Positions 1 through 8,813 of a stretch of 64,000 nt of DNA are shown here, piece by piece (within the stretch, counting starts at the first letter, position 1; every line of letters starts with the position of its first letter). A program made the position numbers and the translations under genes. The notes under the pieces are model-generated. The model made no database searches, was not told the origin of the DNA, and saw only the letters and a program-made list of their open reading frames with translations. Source of the stretch: Histomonas meleagridis 2922-C6/04-290x (Eukaryota > Protista > Parabasalia); NCBI GenBank assembly GCA_020184695.1, contig JAANOX010000232.1, positions 62,001-126,000 of the forward strand, given 5' to 3'.

Positions 1-1041
1 TCATCAACATATTGGCCTCTTCCATATGATTATCATACTGATGGTTCTGTTTTTGCTTGTAATTCTATACCTTTATACAAACTTCAACCAGCTTCTTCTC
101 ACATCGATACAAAAACACTGAAATTCGACGGTTATTACATCAAATTAAGTGCACCGATAGAAATAGGCGAATACGTTCTATCGTTCTCTAATTCACCAAC
201 GTCACTTTTTGCCATTTTAACCGTAAACGATAAACATGTTGCAGAACTTAAAGTTCTTCCTTATAACTTTCCAGAACTTTTAGACACTCTTCCTACTCCA
301 GCACGTAGTGACTTAGATAAATATCTTGGAAAACTTCCACTTGACTATATTGGTTATGTTACTAAATATTTTCAAGAATGTCATTTCTCATATAATGAAG
401 ACTTCGATAAACAAAAAAATATTGTCAAAGAGCAACGAGCCAAAGAGAAAGTTGATTTATACAAACTTCATCGACAACAAATTTCAGAGTATTTATTACT
501 TCCACAACTTGATCATAAAAAGATTAGCACGCCAACGTTGTCAACCATCTTTTCGGAAATTCCGAAAGTTCATAATTATGAAACCCTTACTCCAAAACGT
601 ACATTTATTAAACTTAATAGTGATACATTTGATGATATTGGGTTCGTATCATTAGAAATGGTACGCTCGAAAGTTAAACCACCGACTATCTATAGCAAAA
701 TCAGTTCTTCTGTAACTGATGAATTTCTTAATTCTTTACTTCCGAAAGAAGAGGAAGAAGAAAAGCGCGTAGAAATCGAGACAAAGATCGAGCGACAAAT
801 CGAGGCCATATCTGACGGATTAAAGGTGGAAACAGATGAAAGCGATAGCATTTCAATGTTAGAAGATTTGTTAATATTATTACGAGAAAGGTGTATAAAC
901 GAATTAGAAATGAACTTAAGAAGACTGGAAACGAATAATGAATTATATGATTTCATAAAACAGTTCTTGCTGAAGGCAATCGATAGATTCCAATTAGAAA
1001 GTGTACTTCCTGAAAAATTTGTAGAAGAGTTAAAACAATAA
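1..1041 (+). CDS. Integrator complex subunit 6 (INTS6/DICE1)-like protein, 5'-partial
   Basis: Frame 1 is open from base 1 to TAA at 1039-1041 by my translation; the ORF track starts only at 538. Motifs TYWPLPYDY, AILTVNDKHVAELKVLPYNFPELL and DKYLGKLPLDYIGY resemble INTS6 WPIPESF, VNLFVMPYNYPVLL and YLKTMPPYYLGP (recalled consensus, no search run). Confidence 0.6.
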   Translation, partial: SSTYWPLPYDYHTDGSVFACNSIPLYKLQPASSHIDTKTLKFDGYYIKLSAPIEIGEYVLSFSNSPTSLFAILTVNDKHVAELKVLPYNFPELLDTLPTPARSDLDKYLGKLPLDYIGYVTKYFQECHFSYNEDFDKQKNIVKEQRAKEKVDLYKLHRQQISEYLLLPQLDHKKISTPTLSTIFSEIPKVHNYETLTPKRTFIKLNSDTFDDIGFVSLEMVRSKVKPPTIYSKISSSVTDEFLNSLLPKEEEEEKRVEIETKIERQIEAISDGLKVETDESDSISMLEDLLILLRERCINELEMNLRRLETNNELYDFIKQFLLKAIDRFQLESVLPEKFVEELKQ

Positions 1042-1314
1042 ATAAAATTGTGTTTGTTTGCTCAAACTTGTTTTTAATGTAAAACCAAAAATGAACAAAT
1101 TTCAAATTCAAATTTGGAAAATTAATTTTTATAAAAATTATGATCTAACACTGTTGTGTACATTATGATTTTGCTATAAATGTTTTGTTGCTGTTTCATG
1201 TTGTTGCTTTAAACTGAAAATGCAAATTTATTCGGTATAAATTTGAATGGTTTACTTACATAATTGTGATGGAGGCATCAATTAGTTTGATGTGCTGACG
1301 AGAATTTGTACCTC

Positions 1315-1971
1315 ATGGAAACTGATGATAAAGCAGAGCCTCCGCGTCGTGGTTCAAGGACTAGACATAGTAATGAAATTAGGCATTCTAAAGCGAGTAT
1401 TTGGACACAAGAAGAGGATTTTCGACTTCTCTCGATTATGTCTGATCCTGCAATTTGTGGTAATAAATGGACTGAGATAGCTAAATTATTCCCGAATAAA
1501 TTACCAAAGCAAGTATCAGAAAGGTGGAGGAATGTTCTAAATCCAAAGATTCGAAAAGGAACATGGACACCAGAAGAAGATTCATTTATAATTCAATGGG
1601 TTAAAGAACAAGGAACTAAGAATTGGGAAAAATGCGCAGCACAAATTGGGAATCGGACAGGAAAACAATGTCGTGAGCGATGGGTAAATCAACTTAGTAA
1701 TTCAAACAGGAAATGGACATTTGAAGAAGACGAACAGCTTATTAAGCTGATGGAAACTTATGGGAAAAAATGGAAAGTTATTGCTGGTGAAATAGGTCGA
1801 AGTGAGAACCAAGTAAAGAATCGATGGCATTCAACACTAAGAAGAAGAATAGAGAGAACTCCGAATGTACATGAACCATTGATGGAATCTCCAAAAGGAA
1901 AAAAGAAACAGAGTTTGAATCCAAATGAAATTGTTGATGTGAAAAACTTAATGAATAATCATTCAAAGTGA
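1315..1971 (+). CDS. R1R2R3-type Myb transcription factor
   Basis: Three Trp-spaced Myb repeats (WTQEEDFRLL..KW..IA..QVSERWRN; WTPEED..NWEKCA..KQCRERWVN; WTFEED..KWKVIA..ENQVKNRWH). First ATG at 1315. Confidence 0.92.
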   Translation: METDDKAEPPRRGSRTRHSNEIRHSKASIWTQEEDFRLLSIMSDPAICGNKWTEIAKLFPNKLPKQVSERWRNVLNPKIRKGTWTPEEDSFIIQWVKEQGTKNWEKCAAQIGNRTGKQCRERWVNQLSNSNRKWTFEEDEQLIKLMETYGKKWKVIAGEIGRSENQVKNRWHSTLRRRIERTPNVHEPLMESPKGKKKQSLNPNEIVDVKNLMNNHSK

Positions 1972-1978
1972 GAACGCT

Positions 1979-2690
1979 TCAACAATAGTTTGAAATGCAT
2001 TTTACTGAAGCATTTAAAATTGTCTTTGGATTTCTTTTGTTTTCGAAAAAATATTTTACAAAATATGTATTTCCATGTTTTGCAAATTCGCACATGAAAA
2101 AATCATCAATTTTCTTTTTATTTGATGATAAAATAGAGAAAAGTTCGAAATTATTGTTTTGGATACACATCATTTTGTACAGCTCTTCATTTTTCTTAAA
2201 TATTTTTTTCTTGTTTTCATAATAATAATTAAAAACATCATACTTATGAAATTCAATTGCTGTTTCAAATTCATTTTGAAATAATAAATGATTTTGTTCA
2301 CATAAATGAATTATCTCTAAGTTTCCACCTGCAATTGCATATTTACCTGTGGTTATTACATTTGCACCATTCATAAGTAAATATTTAAAACATTTAATTG
2401 ATCCAAAGAATGCTGCATAATCAATTAATCTAACATAATGGTTAATAAATGAAAATCGTTCATAAAGTGATGGTTCAATTGTTTGGTTAAAATCAAAATT
2501 ATTTTGTGATGATATTTCTTGAAGTTTTTCGATTTCATCATTTCGAATAATTTTAGCAATTTCATTTGGATTAACTCCTTCTTTAATTAATTGCTTATGA
2601 AGTTCCCAATCATTCTTTGATAACTCGCTGTAATTATCATATTTGGTTGTAGGAACTGTTGAGTCGATTTGTTTCTTCTTCTGTCTTCAT
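1979..2690 (-). pseudogene. DUF3447/ankyrin-family fragment, frameshifted and 3'-truncated
   Basis: Minus strand reads YDNYSELSKNDWELHKQLIKEGVNPNEIAKIIRNDEIEKLQE..IEPSLYER..LIDYAAFFGSIKCFKYLL..KYAIAGGNLEIIHLCEQ, a clear paralog of 40157-41392. Apparent 1-nt frameshift near 2640; no ankyrin array follows. Confidence 0.7.
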
Positions 2691-2882
2691 GTATTGCATA
2701 ATAAGTTGTGTTCTTTGATTGTTTTTGGTACAATATATAATATATTAATGTTTAACCAATTCTTCGATAATGTAATATGATTCTTGTGCCTCTTTTTCAA
2801 GTATTAACTGAAAAAATACTTTGAATATTTTTCTCGATCAAACGAATATATAAAACTTTTTAATGTTCTACAAGATATAATT

Positions 2883-3591
2883 ATGTTAATATTTTTACAA
2901 GTTCTACTTCTATCCTACACAGAAACATTGATTATAAAGCTCATAATTTAAAGTTAAGCAAAACTTTTTTGTTCTATTTTAGTATTTTTTTTTGATCTAT
3001 TCATTTTATTATTTCATTACCGACATGTAATTCATTATTTAATAGCAACTCAAAATATAGCATTAAATTTGTTTTTATATTATTTTTTTCATATTCCTTT
3101 GAAGGGTATGATGAGTGAACATCAACACTCACTATTTCCGGTTATGATTATAATAATAAAGATCAATATAGTAACGCTCGACATCTTATTATTAGTGGCA
3201 TTACATAAATTCCTGACTCTACATATACATATTCCCAAAGTAATACATTTTCACTATCAAATACATTTACAAATTCGAATCTTTTACAAGTTTGAACTCA
3301 CTGCTTCATTTCCATTAAATGTTACATTTTCATACATGTATTTTATCTCACATTTTCTCCATCACCGAAACCATCACTTTAAGTTTAGTAATAGCAATCC
3401 TTACTTTTGTAATTATTCGGAATCGTAAGAAATATAAAATAAGTTCAAGTGAAGATCAACTTAGAGAAGTAATAGATCAAGAAGACGACGATTTTTACCA
3501 TAAGCATATGACAAGTGATGCATTTTCAAACATTGATACGGGCCCATTTGCAAAAGATTTTCTGGAAGATGAATACTTCCTGAAGTTGTAA
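2883..3591 (+). pseudogene. BspA-like surface protein pseudogene with the LRR array deleted
   Basis: Leader MLIFLQVLLLS, then cap YDE*TSTLTISGYDY..ARHLIISGIT*IPDS joined directly to stalk TYTYSQSNTFSLSNTF, then TM (TLSLVIAILTFVII) and tail DTGPFAKDFLED. Multiple stops and frameshifts. Confidence 0.65.
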
Positions 3592-3843
3592 TTATTTATC
3601 ATGTTGAAATATCATAATAAACATGTATGAAATTATTTTATTTATTCAATTTCCTTTTTGGAAGTGCATTTTAAAATGAGAATAATTAAAATTATGTTTT
3701 TTTATAAATAATAATAAGATGATGAAATTAAAAGTGTATTTCAGTTTTTGAATATAGATACGATGATTTTTTATTCATTTAATTCTATCGTAATTTGGAT
3801 TGGGGTGTCCCAAGAGTGAAATGTGACATGACCTTTGCAAAAG

Positions 3844-4905
3844 ATGAAATTCAAATTCTCTGATTTAGACGTTTTCCCCAAAGTTAGACAAGACTACATA
3901 CGCCAGACAACAATAGGAGGATTTGTTACAGTCACCTCTATTTGCATCATGTTTTATTTATTTTTACATCAAACAATTTCTTTTTTTGGTACTCCATTGA
4001 CACAAAGACTTCGTGTTGATGAAACACCTTTACCTAAAACAGATGAAGGAATTCTTGATTATGATAACCAAACTAAACTTAAAATTAATTTTTATATAAA
4101 ATTGCATTCATTTCCATGTGCTTTTATTGATATAGGTGTACTTGATGACAACAAAGAAGAACAAGAATTTAAATTCATAAAATTTAAGCTAAGGTCATAT
4201 TCCAAAGAAGGACGAAGACTCAAAAGATATTTCAACAATACGCAAACCACAGAATGCGGAAATTGTTATGGTGCAAGTAGCGGTTGCTGCAACACATGTA
4301 AATCTGTGAAAAAAGCCTTTAAATCTAAGAATAGGTTACCTCCACCAATCTATACAATTGATCAATGTAAAGAAGAAGTCAAAGACATAAGTCTTGATGA
4401 AAAATGCGATATAATTGGGAACATACAAGTTCTTCCAGTCCCAGGTATCCTTTATATTGCCCCCGGAGACTCATACTCCGAGAAATCACATCACACCGCT
4501 GATTACGCAGCATTGAATTTAACGGTCGACGACTTCAACTTCACGAATACGATCAGATCGTTCTCATTTGGGCCTCAAGAAAGAGGTCCTATGGATGGGC
4601 TAGAAACTGTACAGACACAAAAGGGAAGACTTAAGTCATTGTTCTTTGTAAGAGCAGCAAGAGAATCGAAAGATGGAAATGATCATTATCGATTAAGTAT
4701 ATCAAAATTTGAAAGATACAGAGAAGGAACAAGTGGAAAATTCCCTGGGATTTTCATATATTATGACGTATCACCAGTGATTGCAGAATACAAAAGAGAT
4801 GTTTCGGTTTTACACTTTCTCGTAGATTTGATGGCAATTTTGGGCGGCGTCTTCTCTATTGCTTCTTTTGTGGAAAGAATATTAATGAAATTGAAAAGTG
4901 ATTAA
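3844..4905 (+). CDS. ERGIC3/Erv46-family ER-Golgi intermediate compartment protein
   Basis: DVFPKV..TTIGGFVT, CGNCYGA..CCNTC..V, PGIFIYYDVSP, HFLVDLMAILGGVF, and a C-terminal KxKxx signal (KLKSD). Confidence 0.9.
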   Translation: MKFKFSDLDVFPKVRQDYIRQTTIGGFVTVTSICIMFYLFLHQTISFFGTPLTQRLRVDETPLPKTDEGILDYDNQTKLKINFYIKLHSFPCAFIDIGVLDDNKEEQEFKFIKFKLRSYSKEGRRLKRYFNNTQTTECGNCYGASSGCCNTCKSVKKAFKSKNRLPPPIYTIDQCKEEVKDISLDEKCDIIGNIQVLPVPGILYIAPGDSYSEKSHHTADYAALNLTVDDFNFTNTIRSFSFGPQERGPMDGLETVQTQKGRLKSLFFVRAARESKDGNDHYRLSISKFERYREGTSGKFPGIFIYYDVSPVIAEYKRDVSVLHFLVDLMAILGGVFSIASFVERILMKLKSD

Positions 4906-5432
4906 GGTGTATGCATAAAATATAAAATATTTTTAATGTAATTTTATGGAGTTCTCAATCGTTCTTTGAAAGTTCACTAAAATAATTAATATTGTGAAAT
5001 CTTCGATACTTCAAAAACATTTTCAATAAAATAATTTACTTTCAATCTATATTAATATTCTTGGAGAAATGAAATTAAAATTGTTATCATAATGAATTAA
5101 AAAAGTTGGTGATGTGATTTTATCTTCCCTATAAATTAATATACAGACATGTGTCTCGTTATACAATAAATGCTAAATAGTATATACAACAGAATGTAGA
5201 TTATAATATTTTTTAATGATAGAAAAAATATTGAAAATTTATATTATCTCGATTAATATTTCTTATCTCCTTAGTAAATTTATACATTTAACTTGCAATC
5301 ATCAAATATCTCTCAAACGTTTAAAACAATGTTCGATAATCATTGTTGTAATAATTTTGGTAAGAAGTTTAAATTGGACTTTGCATTTTACATAGTTTAC
5401 GTTTAGAATTAAAAGTGACAAAAATAAAGACT

Positions 5433-8400
5433 ATGACGCGGAGAATCCCCCATGAAATTATGGACAATTTAATTAAACTTGGGAACGAAATCATAGCCCT
5501 AACGAAAAAAGCATACATTTTTAGGTCAATTTGTGCTTATAATGCTCAACATGTTTATTCATATATTTCAGCCTTAAAACAAGCAAAATTTAATGCACAA
5601 GACAACAAACAAATACAAGCACTTAATGAAGTTCGTGCTTTGTTTACACATTTAATAACTGTATTACCTCTCTTAGGAGAAGATAAATGGATTCAACCAG
5701 CATTAAACTGGCCTACTCAATATCTTCAAAACTACATCAAGAAGTTCCGCGAACGTATGATTGAATTAGCACCTGTGATTGGTCTACCAACAGATGTTAT
5801 TTCTTTTGATACAGACCAAGATAAAGTTAACCTTATAGCTGATTATACCGCTCTCAAGAAAGACATGCAAGGGCTTATAACCAAGATTGATTTTAGTGAT
5901 GTTGTTGGTGTTCAACAACAAATCGAAACCAAATTATCCGAAATCAAATCCATTCTACCACATGAATCAAGGCGAAACAACACACGCCGCCCTTCAGCCG
6001 ATGCTTTTCCCCTTGTTCAAATGCAGAAGAAAGTTAGTGAATTGTTAAGTCAATTCAAATCAATCAACATTGAAAACAGTGATATATCTCTTGGCCGCCA
6101 AATTGGCAGTGGAGGTTTTGGCACAGTTTACAAAGCTACACGATTATCCACATCCGAAATAGTAGCAGTAAAAGAGCTTCGAAGTGATCGGCTCACAATG
6201 AGTTCATGGGCTTCTCTTTATGCCGAAGTTGAAAACATGGCTTCTATTTCACACCCATTCGTCTTAGAACTTGTAGGCGCACACATCACTGAGCCGTATC
6301 GCATCATAACCCGTTACTGCCCAGGGAAGTCACTTTTCGACCGTTTACACAGATGCAGTCACACAAACAAACTTTCTCCAACCAAACTTACAACTATTGC
6401 TTATCAAGTAGCAGTTGGTATGGAACATCTTCATGCAAATCATATTGTCCATCGAGACTTAAAAACACAAAATATTTTATTAGATGAATATGATGATGGA
6501 TGTGTTGCTGACTTTGGTTTGAGTGGAATGATGAAAGATAACCAAGAATTATGTGGTGGGTTAGGAACACCACATTACACTGCTCCAGAAGTGTTTCTTA
6601 AGGGTACATATGGCCCAAAGATTGATGTGTTTTCTTATGCTTGTGTACTTTGGGAGCTTTTAATGAAGAAAGTTCCTTATTATGATATGTCACAGAATGA
6701 AATATATGAACATGTTGTAACAAGAGGATGGAGACTTCCTATTCCAAATGAAACTCCTGAAGGATTGAAAAAAATTATTACCAAATGTTGGAGCAAGAAC
6801 CCGAATGATAGACCTGACTTCAAAGAGATTGTCAAAAGGTTCGAAAATGGAGAAATTTATTTCCCTGGAAGTGATAAGATTGATTTCCTTAAGATAAAGT
6901 CTACACGTAGATGTCCGCCAATTGACTTTGATTTTGCTACAGCTACAATGAAGAATCCAAAAGCACCTAATTTTTCGTCTGTAATATATTTCATATGTTC
7001 AAAGATTGATAGAAAAATGAAACACAAATTAAAACAAGAAAAACTGTTGGATCAACTTGTACATGCAACAGAAAACATGGATGCTGTTTTACTACTTGCA
7101 AGCACTTTGTTGGGTCCAAAGGATTATCACGAATTCTTAGAAAACGGCGGTTTTGAAATGTTCAGAGTTTGCGTTTCTGAGAACAAAGGGCAATCTTTAC
7201 CCTCATCATTGAAATTTGCGATAAAAGTGCCTATCGGCGAACTAAACAGGTTCCAAGAGTTTATTCCAAAAATTATTAGTTATTTGGATGGAGGATCGGA
7301 ATTAGTGAATTCTCTGGCACTTAGATTCTTCAATCGCTTCTCAAGTGATGTATTAATTCCTTATAAGAAGGAAATTGCCGGAGCACTTTTAGATGCAGCT
7401 GAAAGTGTAAGTGATCAAGATACGTTCGATGCAATTGTATCTCTTCTTCCAATTTGTAGCGATTGTTTAACTCCTATACAAATCAGATCATTCCATTATT
7501 TACTCGGTTGCGATTTCATAGTTCCACCATTTTTCGTTATTTCTCTTATGCAAACAAATGATAAGAAAAGCCATGCTTCATTAATTCTAGCGATATTAAA
7601 AGCCACTGCAAAATCTGATGTCACAAGTGTATTTCTTGACTTTTTACAAAAACTTTACAAGGAAGAAAGGGAAGTTTTTGAAGAAGTCTCTGAGATTGAT
7701 GGCTTTCTTAAAACAGTATATGATATCATGGAACAAGGATCCCTTCAAGCGCCTCTCTTTTTATTGTATTGTGTTGCTCCATTTGATGAAGCAGCAATTG
7801 ATCTATCTAAGGACAAGCTCCTTCTGAAGCTCATCCAAATGAAGGAATACCCTTTACAACGCCTTCAAATATTGACAGCTTTATGCATGCATGAATCGTT
7901 CTGTGCGACGACCGTTTACATGGATGGGATCATCAACTTCATGGTTAAGTCTCTTTCCGATAAAAAACTTGTAAATGATGCTGCCAGACTAATTGGCTCT
8001 TTATCATCACATGAGAAAGGGTGTCAAATCCTTACAAATAATGGTGTACTTGAAGTATTTACACAATTATATTTATCATCTTCAAGTGGTGACACAGCAA
8101 CATCACAATTAATTCTAAGGAATGTTGCACGAAATAGATGTGAAATACCACAGGGATCACTTATAGTTTCATGTTTGATGCAAGATATGATATACGATGT
8201 AACACGAAGAGCGCAAATTTTGGATACATTAATTCCAATTGTTGAAGAAATGCCTTCAAGTATTCAAGAACATGATTTACAATTAATTGTTTTGCAACAA
8301 TTAACAATGGATGACCCATTGCTAGTTCAATTGGCATTAAAGCTAATTGCAGCTTGCGAACCTTCGTCACTTCGGAACATTTACCAACAGATATTGGGGG

Positions 8401-8627
8401 CCGTTTACGATTTACTCAAAAAGAAGGAAATGGGGTACCCCGAAATTGTCGAGGGGTGCCTCGAGGTGCTCATAACTTTGGCTAAAGGTTTTGATATAAA
8501 GGAGTTCGTGAAACAAACAAACTTACAGGCATACGTACAGAAGGTAATCGAACTTTTGCCACAAGCCGGATTAGAATCTCATACTGTATCATTGAATTAT
8601 TTGTTATCAACATTAATTGGAAAATAA
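5433..8627 (+). CDS. TKL-family protein kinase with N-terminal helical (MLKL-NTD-like) domain and C-terminal ARM/HEAT-like region
   Basis: Intact catalytic motifs GSGGFG, VAVK, HRDLKTQN, DFG, APE, CWSKNPNDRP. About 200-aa helical N-terminus and about 550-aa Leu-rich helical C-terminus. Confidence 0.88.
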   Translation: MTRRIPHEIMDNLIKLGNEIIALTKKAYIFRSICAYNAQHVYSYISALKQAKFNAQDNKQIQALNEVRALFTHLITVLPLLGEDKWIQPALNWPTQYLQNYIKKFRERMIELAPVIGLPTDVISFDTDQDKVNLIADYTALKKDMQGLITKIDFSDVVGVQQQIETKLSEIKSILPHESRRNNTRRPSADAFPLVQMQKKVSELLSQFKSINIENSDISLGRQIGSGGFGTVYKATRLSTSEIVAVKELRSDRLTMSSWASLYAEVENMASISHPFVLELVGAHITEPYRIITRYCPGKSLFDRLHRCSHTNKLSPTKLTTIAYQVAVGMEHLHANHIVHRDLKTQNILLDEYDDGCVADFGLSGMMKDNQELCGGLGTPHYTAPEVFLKGTYGPKIDVFSYACVLWELLMKKVPYYDMSQNEIYEHVVTRGWRLPIPNETPEGLKKIITKCWSKNPNDRPDFKEIVKRFENGEIYFPGSDKIDFLKIKSTRRCPPIDFDFATATMKNPKAPNFSSVIYFICSKIDRKMKHKLKQEKLLDQLVHATENMDAVLLLASTLLGPKDYHEFLENGGFEMFRVCVSENKGQSLPSSLKFAIKVPIGELNRFQEFIPKIISYLDGGSELVNSLALRFFNRFSSDVLIPYKKEIAGALLDAAESVSDQDTFDAIVSLLPICSDCLTPIQIRSFHYLLGCDFIVPPFFVISLMQTNDKKSHASLILAILKATAKSDVTSVFLDFLQKLYKEEREVFEEVSEIDGFLKTVYDIMEQGSLQAPLFLLYCVAPFDEAAIDLSKDKLLLKLIQMKEYPLQRLQILTALCMHESFCATTVYMDGIINFMVKSLSDKKLVNDAARLIGSLSSHEKGCQILTNNGVLEVFTQLYLSSSSGDTATSQLILRNVARNRCEIPQGSLIVSCLMQDMIYDVTRRAQILDTLIPIVEEMPSSIQEHDLQLIVLQQLTMDDPLLVQLALKLIAACEPSSLRNIYQQILGAVYDLLKKKEMGYPEIVEGCLEVLITLAKGFDIKEFVKQTNLQAYVQKVIELLPQAGLESHTVSLNYLLSTLIGK

Positions 8628-8813
8628 TAAACGATGAGTTAAACTATAAATATTAGCAGAAATTGTTTTAAAAATTTTTAATTCGTCACAAATTCGGCTA
8701 TTGCATTGATGGCATTTATTAAAATTCTGTTCATTTTAATCGTTTCTTCAAACGTTCGTCTTTGGTTCATGACATGTGATTTGAAAAAGCCAAGTAAATC
8801 AATCGAAAGTTTA

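Noticed and set aside
326-956. ORFs 326-655 (+) and 690-956 (-)
   Set aside because: Alternative-frame or antisense overlaps of the INTS6-like CDS.
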